Shown here piece by piece: positions 11,301-21,956 of a stretch of DNA of 29,834 nucleotides. Numbering within the stretch: position 1 is the stretch's first letter; each line of letters begins with the position of its first letter. Made by a program: the position numbers and the translations under genes. This DNA is from Catajapyx aquilonaris (lineage: Eukaryota): contig KZ538252.1 in NCBI GenBank assembly GCA_000934665.2, positions 62,001 to 91,834 of the forward strand, read 5' to 3'. The notes beneath the pieces are model-generated. The model was not told where the DNA came from, did not search any database, and saw only the letters and a list, made by a program, of their open reading frames with translations.

Positions 11301-12363
11301 GCCGGTATGGCGTATCAAAACAGCCACAAAAGTGCCAACGTACGTATTTTTGATGTAGCATAACCAGTTTTCTGATTCCATATGGTTCAATTGCGTACGA
11401 AAAGTCGGTTAGAATCAAACCAGTTTTAAGACAGTTCGTTACAGGTATTCAGAGTATGCATACCGCCTTCAATAGGAATAGTAATGCCAGCTGGTATTGC
11501 TGATGGCAACATGTTGTCGTACTTTGCACAGGGGGTGGCCTTGAAGTGTTGATGACTTGTATGCAGATCTTGCGGCGAAAAGCTTATGATGAGTAATGAC
11601 TAATGATGAAAATGACACCCATAGCTAGATTAGACGGCTGGGAATAACACATAATATGCAAATAAGCTATATTATATTATAATCTGTGACACAAACATAT
11701 CAGATGATGTCATTTATCTCAGACAATGTGTAATACCCGTATTGGTGCCCAGTTCTCCCATTTTTGTAAAAGTCTAGCTCATTAGCCGGGGTTGCCGGTG
11801 TAGATTTTTAATTAATTTAATTATAATTTAAATACATTTAAAATTTTAATTATATTAAAAATTTAAATGTTATTTTTAAATTGAAATTTTTGAAAAATTA
11901 ATAGCTCACAACGAAATATGGTTGGCAGCTCTACCTATGGCAGAATTTGAGTTAGGCCGATTAAAATATTTGAACATTGAAATATTTAACAATTAATTGA
12001 CACATTTTAGTTAATCCGATTACTTAACATACGAACTAAATTAAAACAATACGTTAAATTGACAATGAAATGAATTAATTAAATGAGGGCACGCCATTGG
12101 CTCGTGCTCCGGAGTGCCGCGCAGATCCGTCTCTTTCCCGCCACGAGTTCAATCCACTCTCTTCGGATGCCCGCATGTCCCTCACGCATATTGATCCGCG
12201 TGAGGATACTACGGACACGCGTCTACGACGAATCGCCCTGCACTTGTCGGACCCACATCTGCACTAGTTGGTACCAGGCAGGTACAGTACAATGCACAGG
12301 ACACCTTCTGGTGTATCACTATACAACTGACACACAATATTTTGCAGGTGACAGTCCAACGCA

Positions 12364-13905
12364 ATGGGTGTGACAGAGTTCAGCATCACCTTTGACAACA
12401 ATCCAGACGGGGTGTACCCCGCTGGGAGCACCGTCTCAGGGGCGGTGCAGATTGTGGTGGACGTGCCTGTCACACACAGAGGTCCGGGCCACTCTCGTTT
12501 GGTCCTTTGTCGCTTATTGATTAATCGGTGTGCATCTTGCAGGGATTACGCTGAAGCTGCTGGGTGAGGCCAGGGTGAGGTGGACCATGAGGGTCCACCA
12601 GTACCACAGCGCCATTTTCAGCGAGGCTGAGACGTACTTTGACAAGGACTTCCCCTTGGTGGCCGCAGGTGCGCACGCTTCAACCAGTCGGGATGGTTGC
12701 ATGTCTGCGTATACACTTGAGTGGTTTATAATTTGCGGCATTTAGATCAGTTTCAACTTATGTTGCCCACATACACATTTTAATATTGTTTTATTATTTT
12801 AAGCATCAACGTGAGGGCCAGCATCCGAGCGGCACGTTCTTCTGGGAAACACCAACATAATACATGAAAGAGCATGGTTGGTTTTGTTGCCTATTTTATT
12901 TCCCTGTATTGTCACTTCTCTTATTTTATGGCCATGCAGTTTGTGTGTGTAGAGTAGCACGTGAAATGCTGTTGACTTGTCTCGCTGGACCATGTAGTTT
13001 TGCCCTGATTTGTTACCAACAATGTCTTTCCAGAGGAGGATTCGGAATCATTAGAACTTCCACCAGGAACTCACAGCTTTCCGTTCTCCCACGACCTTCC
13101 GTCATCCCTCCCTGCGTCGTTTGAAGGTACCTCAGGAAATGTGCGCTACTCCGCCTCTGCCAGGATAATTCGTGCTACTTGGGTGCCTGATATAACGGCC
13201 ACGAAAATGTTTACCATCACCACGTCTCTTGACCTGAACCGTGATACGCAGGCCAACCGAGCGGAGGTGTCAGAAAAGAGCAAGGAGGACCTCCGTTACT
13301 CGTGCTGCCACACTGGACCAGTGTCGCTCAAGGGTGAGTACAAATAAGTAATGGATACAACCACTTTAAAGTGCCTGTTCATTCCAGCCAGCCTACCTCG
13401 CACTGGCTACGTCCCAGGGGAGCAGATGAAGATCGTGGCAGAAGTTGAAAACCTGACCACCACCGAAGTGAAGCTGCTTGCCATACTGCGTCAGGTGGCT
13501 GAATTCCGTGCCACCACAAACGGCTGCACAGGCGAGCGGGCAGTGACTAAGGCGGGAGTCAATCGAGTGGCCAGGGCGACTGGTGGGACTATCGCTCCTG
13601 GACAGACACAGGGATGGGAAGGGGAGGCCATCAGCGTACCGTTGATACCACCCACTGATCTCGGGGGAGAATGCACCATTATTGGGGTCAGGTACGAGCT
13701 AAAGGTCAGTTAAATTTTGTAAGTCAAGTCACTCTCATTGTAACCTGCATTATTTTGTACTAAGGTAATTGCAAAACCTGTTGGACTCGCATCAAAAGTG
13801 AAGGTGCGCCTTCCCGTAACAATAGGAAGTGTTGCGTTGCTTGATGCGCCGGAAGTGCAGGACACCCCAGCAGCTGATGATGCAACAATGCAAGATCGGC
13901 TGTAA
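12364..13905 (+). CDS. Arrestin domain-containing protein (alpha-arrestin/ARRDC-like), ~333 aa
   Basis: Exons 12364-12481, 12543-12668, 13034-13333, 13388-13704, 13765-13905 total 1002 nt, in frame. Motifs: GVYPAGSTVSGAV, GEARVRW, LPPGTHSFPF..LPSSLPASFEGTSGNVRY, RTGYVPGE, IIGVRYELKV, LPVTIGSV. Likely 5'UTR intron 12282-12347. Confidence 0.9.
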
Positions 13906-14845
13906 CTCATATGTGAGTGATCCTCGGTTCAAGGTGGAGCACCAATTAACTAATAGCTTTTTATGTCGTTTGCAGAATTAACATCGATCAAGACATTCTG
14001 CTGGGTCATTGCCTAGAAAGTGTAACTAGTAACCTTACAGGTCTGCTGTGTATACTTTCTAGGCCTTCACCTACCTTTGCAATAATGGTCACCTTGACAT
14101 TCTTCTCAAACTTATTAATTTTTTTGTCTTTATAAAACTTATTAACAATGTCTGCTACTGGGGCATTTTTTAAGTTACGGTACATCATGTGTCGTAATAA
14201 TTTGCAACATGCAGTTAATATATTATATGCACATACTTGCAGCAGCTATTTGATATGCACATTTTAAATGTTATTTGCAATGATTATTTTTCTTCGACAT
14301 CTGCTTCCCTGTCTTAAATTAGGGAAATTACTTTAGTGATAAATTATGTAATTAATTAGTTGGCTTCGGGGTTGCTCCTATTGCTGGAAGTACAGGCAGA
14401 CCTGACCTACGTAAGCGGATCGTTTTGCAACATTAAGTCGCTGCAACTTGGAGGCGTAATTTATTAGGTATAGTATAACATACTGTACCTTGCGTCAGTA
14501 CGGAGTCATTCATATTTCATTGAGGCTGTTGCAAGTGGTAAGGGGCCACAGGTTATGCCTGTCACATGTTAAGGAGCCTCGGTGGGCAGGCTTGAGTTTC
14601 CATATGCTGCAATTGCCATCAGTGTACATTACCAGTTTGTTTTGTATATTTTTAGTGCAGGTGCAGGTGACTGCCTGCACTTGCACCTTCCATGGCTCCA
14701 TATATTATGCATGTTGAACCATATTTTACAAGTGATAATCTATGCAATACGAAGGGCATTAGTGGATAGGATTATTCCTAGGTTACATTATGTAGTAATA
14801 CAACTTTTTGTAAACTTTGTACCATATGTAACCGTTAGAGCCTTA

Positions 14846-15027
14846 AGGCCCATGCACACAGGCAGTCGACGGTTTTGGTCTTTGGTCGGGTTGTCGCTGC
14901 GGACCAATCAAGACTCATGTAAACAAGCACAACACTTGTGTTGCGCTTGTTTACATGAGTCTTGATTGGTCCGTGGCGTCAACGCGACCAAAGACCAAAA
15001 CCGTCGACTGCCTGTGTGAATGGGCCT
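14846..15027. mobile_element. PIF/Harbinger (Tourist-like) MITE, 182-bp near-perfect palindrome
   Basis: AGGCCCATGCACACAGGCAGTCGACGG...CCGTCGACTGCCTGTGTGAATGGGCCT flanked by TTA on both sides; symmetry centre at 14936/14937. Confidence 0.85.
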
Positions 15028-15497
15028 TTATACATTTAGAAAAAAGAGATTTTGAACTTGCAACTGGATTTTATAATATTACGACACCATTTTACGTAAC
15101 TATGTAACCGAATGACTCCGAATGTAGTAGCGCATTGCGATTGCCACAATTGTTTGAAAATTCATAATTACGCTGTAACATTTTGGATATTACTATAATC
15201 ATATACTGTAACCATTACAGCCCATTTGCATGACACTCTGGTTACGACCGTCGTCTGGTTTAGTTGGCAATGCGCATGTGTATTTTCCACATTTACCTCT
15301 TCAATTACTGTCGCTCCTATTTGTAACATCCTGTGTACGTCTCTTATCCAAATATGACAAGTCGCCTACGTGCACCACGCACAAACCTCCCAAAAAACTG
15401 CTAATAAAACTAATAACTACAAACCCTGGACTTTATTAAAAATTCCTATAATATATATAATAATATATGTTAGAAGAAAAAAAAATTTGAAGGAAAA

Positions 15498-15571
15498 ATG
15501 GTGGTATTCCACCCCCCTATAAGGGTCTCTGGCCCTATCAGGGGGTAACGTAAAATAATAATAATAATAAT
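15498..15571 (+). mobile_element. Orphan retroposon 3' tail with (AAT)n end
   Basis: ATGGTGGTATTCCACCCCCCTA...GGGGTAACGTAAAATAATAATAAT resembles the 3' end of the SINE at 22746-22815 (minus strand). Confidence 0.6.
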
Positions 15572-15832
15572 ACATTATAATATTTTCCACTCATTTTAAT
15601 ACCGTATCTGCTCATACGGTTCCTACCCACAGATGGCACCACTGTTGAAACAAGCGGCTATTTGTAACAGTTATTTTTTGAATGGCCATGTCCCATCTGG
15701 TGGGCATTACTGAAGCTGATTTAGTCCGCCTCTTTTTCATTGTCAGTTGGTTGCCCTTAAGGTGGGTTCTGTTTCCTATTTGATAAATAGCCAGATGGCC
15801 TGAGTTGCTTTGGCTCCCACAGATTGGCAGGC

Positions 15833-16807
15833 ATGGCGCTGAAGGACCTGTCTGGTTACATGGCATCACGCACCAGGGTCATGGGTCAGGCCATGGCCAT
15901 CAGAAACATGGAGCACAAGGAAGGGATGCTGGGGAAGCTTCAGGAGATCAGGGAAGCACAGGTGGACATGTCCAAGGGGATCCAGAGGACTAGGGAGGCC
16001 ATAGTGCGGATCAACGCTGGGATACCCAAGATGGAGGTACGGCAGGGCTGCATGTGTTTGTTGGAGCGTAATCTCACCTGGTTTTGCTCCCAAAGCGCTT
16101 GCTGGAGAAGATCAGAGCCAGGCGGAAGGTGGTGGATGAGAACGTCCAGCACAGGCTGCCCCAGTTCTTTAAGGAGCATCCGTATCTGGCTGTGAAGGGT
16201 GCTGCGGGTGGATCGGCGCAACTGAAGGAGCCGAGTAAGCGGAATGGGACTGCTGCTGATGGAAACGGTGGAGACAAACCCAGGTCCGCGCCACCCCCGA
16301 TCATACCCAAGATTCAGTACCTCACGTCCAGTGAGTTCGAGCACATTCCATCGTTAGTGTTTCATTCTTGCGATTTGTTGTGCACTACGTATTTTACAAG
16401 TTGATCTCTTGCAGGTATATGGTTGGCCGCATGAAGTTTACGGAGATCAACTTGGCCGTGGAGCAGTTCAACACTGCCTTGCGGATAAAGTATGAGGTAC
16501 TGACGCGGCCCCTGGCTAGCCTGACGAAACAGGAGACTGACAGACGAAAGGCCTACAAGCGGTTGGAGGCAAAGGAACTCAAAGGTACGTTGCCATACCA
16601 TGTCTCTTCCAATCGCCCACCTGCTAATACCAATTGTTTATATTTACAGGCACATCCTTCCTGACACCAGAGGACTTGAAGGGTCACTCATTCTTCAAGC
16701 TTCCTAAGCAAGGGCAGAACATAATAACCATATTGCGTCACTGCAAGCGGGTGAAGGATGTGCGAATACCTACAGTTGGAGTGAGGCATGTGGTCATTAT
16801 TCCTTGA
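15833..16807 (+). CDS. SKA1: Spindle and kinetochore-associated protein 1, ~262 aa
   Basis: Exons 15833-16036, 16096-16352, 16415-16584, 16650-16807 total 789 nt, in frame. N-terminal coiled coil, flexible linker, then LTSSEFEHIPSYMVGRM...KYEVL...ILRHCKRVKDVR, matching the remembered SKA1 microtubule-binding domain. Confidence 0.88.
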
Positions 16808-17880
16808 AATAACTTCATTTGAGCGATGTGATTTTTGTTAGTACTACATCGGATAAAAACAGATGAATTGCACTTCCACGCGAAATTGCCTCTATCTTTT
16901 TGTCCGATGTAGTGCCAGTATATACTGAAGTTATTCTGGCGACTGCGTCTGCTGGTCTAATAATAATGATAATGGGATATGTTGGATGTCCTGGATGCCA
17001 TAAGTGTTCTCAGGAAATGTTTTCATAAAATTTTGAGATTTTGTAGCAGTTATTTGTTATTGTAGCATTTTTATTGCAGCAGCAACCAAGTTAACTTAGA
17101 AGGTCACAGCACCTAGATTCCGCAGAATGGACATGATGGAATATTTTCATGAAGTATTGCTAATTGCGCAGTACTGGTGTCGTACTGGTAGTGCCAAGAG
17201 CTGGTGGCGGTAAAAGAGCAAATCATAGTGATGAAGTAGCAACCAATACAGTGCTTCGATGCACTCTCTTTACAACCTGTCCAGCACTGTACAAGGTGAA
17301 TAGAAAGTTTCTTCCTATGGTGGCTGGATTTTTTTAAAAGCATCGTATATTTATATCAAATATTATATACGCACTTCGCTAATATGGGACACTTACTCTA
17401 CAGAAAACTGGCGACTCCTCCCTGTGCGCCATCTGTTGGCTCGGGGTGAGGTTATCCCCTCAGGCTGCAGCCACTAGTGCATATATCAATGTTTTACTAT
17501 TTAAATTAATTATTTCATAGTGTTTACTTACATGACCCATGCACCAAAAAATCAGAAATAATAAATATTAGGCCTACAGGTTAAGCATCCGCCTCTTTCG
17601 AGTGTTGGCGCTACATGCCACAAAGGGAAACGAAAGGGAAGCTATTTGTTTGGCTCTAATTACGAACGTAAATATCAAGTAAATGTAGGTTATTGTGCAT
17701 AACAATGGATAGGTCAAACACTTCATACTTCTGATAAATTATGTCATGCAACTCATGCCATATCACAGGTAGTTGCTGAACTTGAGTGGAATTGAGTCGT
17801 ACAGGTTTAAAAGAAACTCCAGGGAAGAATTCAACTAACAAGGTTCTAATTATGCTTTACTCAACATGAATGCACCCTAC

Positions 17881-18099
17881 TTTATAATTGATATTTAAGG
17901 AGGTTGGCCCAGCATTGCCTTTCAACCTCCAAGGATAGGGAAGGAAGGAAGCGGCTGTGGCCTATTATACGGAAGCGACCCCGTAATTATCCTAGAAAGA
18001 CTGGAAAACCACAGTCAAGGTTGCCGGCCCCGGGATTCGAACCCAGGACCTCCTGATTAGCAGTCGGACGCCTTATCCACTATGCCAACCTGCTTCGGT
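17881..18099 (-). mobile_element. tRNA-derived SINE, full-length (tail type 1)
   Basis: Minus strand: ACCGAAGCAGGT-TGGCATAGTGG (A box)...CTGCTAA...GGTTCGAATCC (B box), core GGCCACAGCCGCTTCCTTCC, tail hairpin GGAGGTTG..CAACCTCC. Candidate TSD GCACCCTAC at 17872-17880 and 18112-18120. Confidence 0.88.
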
Positions 18100-18849
18100 T
18101 ACCGTACAGCGGCACCCTACAGTGGTGCGCATTAAACTCTCAGATAATTACAATGCATTTAACTCTCATCACACATCTCAAATTCAATTCTTACGATTCA
18201 CTGTGAAACTCTGATATTGTATACTTGTCTCTCCCTTCAAAATAAATGTGAAATTTGGTGTCTAAGTTGTTCGCGACTTACTTCAAAGATAGTTTCACTA
18301 TCATGAACAGTAGATAAAGTGGGCTGGCTTCATGACTGAGGGAGTACTGGAACGTACTCTCGACTTCGGCTTACCGAGTGACTGACTGACCCCCGCGCAT
18401 TTTCTGCTTTTATATTTTTCTGGTAGTCGATACTAAGCCAAGTACAGCCAAGAGGGGCACAATTTTATTAGGTGCTTGTTCTTGACCGTAATAGTTATGC
18501 TGGTAGTCTCGTGCCAAGGATTATTGGTTGGGTGTGTCGTATCAGTTAGCGGCAGATTATCGGTTAGCTGAGGAGTATCGGTTATTAGCCTCCCACAGGT
18601 TTATCATGAAATCCACCCGTTTTTACTGTTGGGGTTTTTCCTTAATTGCTTCTACTTGTGCCGCGGGTAATTGCAAGGGTACTTGCATCTGACAGATAAC
18701 TAATGGCAATTGAGTTGAAACTGCCCTGTTAAATAATAAAATGATCAACAATACTGTGCATGAAAATGTCAAAACTGTCTAGATGAGCAATGTATTTCTT
18801 TTCATGATACATTTTTCAGGACATATCAAATAAATCATTTCATAATATA

Positions 18850-21124
18850 TTAACCTGACTCATTCAGTCCAGGTGAAACATTTGCGTCCTGAAGCCATCT
18901 CCTCACTTGTCGCACAGTAGGAAGGCAAAATAACGTCCTCATATATCTGGAATAGTACAGGTTATCTTCATATGAAATCATTGGAATCAATTTTTCTCAG
19001 TTCCAACCCCTGGCATGCAAGCTACTTCCACCAAAATTTGCACCTCTACTATTTAAAAAACAAAACACAAATATGTAAGTAATAATCGAGTTATTTCAAT
19101 ACTTCATGTCGATTGACTCAATGATCACATAATTCTAAGTGTGAATAATAATATCGATAGCTCTCTTCATTTTACAGCTGACTATCACCTGAAAACAAAA
19201 TGTTCCACTATGAGTACTTGATGCTGCTCACCTGTATGCTCTTGGAGACACATCATGCAAGCCCAAGGCGAAGTTCTTTTCTTTTTCTGTGTACCTTCTA
19301 CCACAAGGTTTTCTTCCTCTCGATGGAAAAAAATCACCTGCCACATACTGATCAGGAATGGCCACATTGCTGATGATTGTGGAAGCTGGAGGATCAGAAG
19401 CTCTACTCTTGACTCCCTTTTTTTCCAGTAAGTTGTTGTCCTGCAACATTTTCCTCAACCGATAATTTTCCTGGCGAAGACCAGCAACTACTCCTTTCAG
19501 CTTGGAAATCTGTTTGCGCGCATTGGAATACTTCTTGTTTTGCTCATCACTCATGGAAAATCTCGCCATCTTGTTTTGCGGTTCCGGTGCTGGTGATACA
19601 TATGGATGTATACCTTCGCTTAAGTTGTCAACAGAATTAGGCAAATCCTCAGAAGGGTCCACATGTGACTTGACTGGAGAAAAGTGTCTTTTTCGTGGAC
19701 TTGGCCTACATTTCTTTACCACATGTCCCTGTGGCAGGTTGACGCTTGGTATGGACCCTTCCTTCAGCCTGTACAGTGAAAGTATATCAGTATCAAAATC
19801 ACTCAACTACTCTCCCTAATTTCTAGCAATTATAATTATTAAGCCTACCCTTGGGATGTCAGTTGGGGATTTCTCAGGTCGCATAGAGCAAAATGGTCTG
19901 AGCAGATTCTGTGGTTGTTGTTCATATAGATGGGGCCAAAGTCTTTGAGCACTGCATCCAGATCTGACCGTTTACACCAATGGACCCATTGCTTGCACCT
20001 GCGTGTAACAGAAAGGGAAGTAATAATAATTCACACCCCATTATCAGCCTATCGGCTCTTTAGGGGGGAAGTTTTGTTTTGCCTGGAACTCTTTGCTTTC
20101 ATTTTACTGCGCTTTTTGGGATAGGATAGGGACGGAAGGAAGCGGCTGTGGCCTGTTAATTACGGAAACAACTCCGGAATTTCGCTGGAGGGACCATGGG
20201 AAACCACAGAAAACCATGGTCAGAGTTGCCGGCCCTGGGATTTGATCCCAGGGCCTCCTGATTAGCAGTCGGACACCATGTCCTCTACTCCAAACTGCTT
20301 CGGTGTGTAACAGAAAGGGAAGTGCGCATATAAACATGGAGCCAAGATAATAATGAATACATTATACAAGGTGATTCATATACGCAGAACTTTACTCATT
20401 CATTTCGCTGTAACTGCCTGACGGAAATTAGTGCACTCGAAAAGATTGAAGTCAATGTGAACTATATAGTTCACATTGACTTTTGCATCAATCTTTTCGA
20501 GTGCACTAATTTCCGTCAGGCAGTTAGAGAAAAATGAATGTAATCACCTGTACAACTTACTACCAAGAGCTCTTGTTCGTAGCCAGCTTTCCGTCCAGTG
20601 ACTGATCGGACCAGGATGGGACCATGATCGGACCCATGTGAAGTAAATATTTCGCGATGTAATGAATGGATTTCAACCAGACATAACTTTTTCGAGACCT
20701 TACAACATTTCCAAGGAGCCGTCAAGCTTTTGGTTTCTTTAAATTCTAATTCTACGTCACAGTTATTGCCAGTGAAAAGGAGCCTTCCCTTGTGGCTTAC
20801 CGGGATTGATGAGACCAAGGTGAAGTAGATATTTAGCGATGTAATGAATGGATTTCAATCAAACGTGACTTTATCGCAACCTTACAACATTTCCAAGGAA
20901 CCGTCACTTTTGGTTTTTGTACTTTATAAATTCTACGTCGACTTTTGCCAGCTTATGGCCCTGCCCGTCTGGCGCTCACCGGACGGAAAGCTGGCTACGT
21001 ATTACCATATTACTTACATGGCCAAATCCTTAGGAAATCGATAAAAGGACCGGGCATCCTTCTGAAGTTTGTAATTCTTGCAATGCTGCATGTCACAAAC
21101 ACCCCCAGCTTTAGGTGGTGCCAT
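18850..21124 (-). CDS. THAP-domain protein derived from a P-element/THAP9-like transposase N-terminus, truncated before the catalytic core (~296 aa)
   Basis: Exons 21018-21124, 19849-19998, 19232-19768, 18850-18946 total 891 nt, in frame, GT-AG. THAP: CDMQHCKN..FYRFPKD..CKQW..CKR..RICSDHF..LKEGSIPS. Then a coiled coil (ARKQISKLKGVVAGLRQENYRLRKML), then GRRYTEKEKNFALGLHDVSPRAYRYMRTLFCLPTVRQVRRWLQDANVSPGLN, typical of P-type transposases. The 3' end is uncertain. Confidence 0.8.
20022..20304 (-). mobile_element. tRNA-derived SINE, full-length (tail type 2), in THAP gene intron 1
   Basis: Same ACCGAAGCAG head and CCACAGCCGCTTCCTTCC core as 17881-18099, with an (ATT)n tail. Perfect 19-bp TSD GTGTAACAGAAAGGGAAGT at 20003-20021 and 20305-20323. 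Confidence 0.9.
20397..20540. mobile_element. ~144-bp palindromic element (MITE-like)
   Basis: CATTCATTT..TAACTGCCTGACGGAAATTAGTGCACTCGAAAAGATTGA...TCAATCTTTTCGAGTGCACTAATTTCCGTCAGGCAGTTA..AAATGAATG, centred on AACTATATAGTT. No clear TSD. Confidence 0.7.
20578..20999. mobile_element. Non-autonomous TIR element with an internal 182-bp-period duplication
   Basis: 24-bp inverted repeats CGTAGCCAGCTTTCCGTCCRGTGA at 20578-20601 and 20976-20999 (1 mismatch). Internal direct repeats begin GTGAAGTARATATTT at 20638 and 20820. Confidence 0.65.
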
Positions 21125-21642
21125 TTTTGCTGAGCTGCGGATTGGCAAATTATTGTTATTATTTAATAAATGTTACGCAATGTTTATTCTAGGCAAGAAA
21201 CCTTCTGCCTCTACTTACAGCGAATGCCACTGTAGCACTTGGCGAAAGGCTCTTAAATATATTTAAAATATATTGATGCGACCATTGCAATCTCTGCTGA
21301 TTCTTTGTTACGTCAGGCGTCCCTCTAATGACACTCTGGCTGGAATGGGGAGTTCTCCAGTAGATACCCTACGGGGGGTCATCATGGTCCTCCGGGGGGT
21401 TTTCCGGGGCTCCTCTTCCAGAGATCCAGACGAATAGCCTTTTGTAGGCCTAGTTTAGGCCGCCTGGTGCTACTGCTCACACCCCGAGCCAACAGATGGC
21501 GCGCAGTGGCGCACGGCGGTGTAGCCCGGTGGCAGGACCAGACATGTCGCGACCTACCGGCCATTATGTAAACTACTACAACAAACTGATAACAATGCCG
21601 GGGGTCACACTTGCTGGGGTAAACAACAGCTTTAGTCCGTAA

Positions 21643-21956
21643 CTAGCTGCGGCACCCGGCGTTGCCCGGGAAGAAATGAATGAAGGGAAAACACCTGCCA
21701 GTACCCCCGTCAACTGTCTGTCTTTCTGTGTGTCGGCCCACCAATGCCATCTGTGGTCCTGCTACTCCGACACCTTCAACCTCTCCTGCCTGTATAACGG
21801 CAACCGTCATTTGCCTGCCATCTGTAGTCAACCCCCAATACCTCCATACTCTCCCGGCCTGGGGATGGAACACAGATGGCAGGCAAATGACTGTTGGCAG
21901 ACGGACAGACGGACAGAGACGACAGACAGACTCACAAACGGCTTTATTTATATAGA
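21643..21956 (-). mobile_element. Non-autonomous Helitron
   Basis: Minus strand begins A^TCTATATAAATAAAG, carries a (CTGT)n-like tract, and ends with the hairpin CCCGGGCAACGCCGGG and CTAG^T. These are canonical TC...CTAG termini in an AT target. Confidence 0.82.

Noticed and set aside
11787..11932. Possible MITE with GGGTTGCC/GGCAGCTC ends around an AT-rich core
   Set aside because: Inverted match is too short and there is no TSD.
12083..12373. 96-aa ORF overlapping the arrestin start
   Set aside because: Out of frame with the arrestin, no recognisable domain, and the TSS is unknown, so a uORF role cannot be supported.
15150..15280. CHR (TTTGAA) and NRF1-like motifs upstream of SKA1
   Set aside because: Short motifs expected by chance in AT-rich DNA; TSS unknown.
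18025..18099. tRNA-Ser(GCT) gene on the minus strand
   Set aside because: A/B boxes are present, but there is no proper acceptor stem or long variable arm, and it continues into a repeated SINE core and tail.
20636..20840. CATGTGAAGTAAAT / CAAGGTGAAGTAGAT as P-element terminal repeats
   Set aside because: They are direct repeats inside an intronic element, not inverted ends of the THAP locus.
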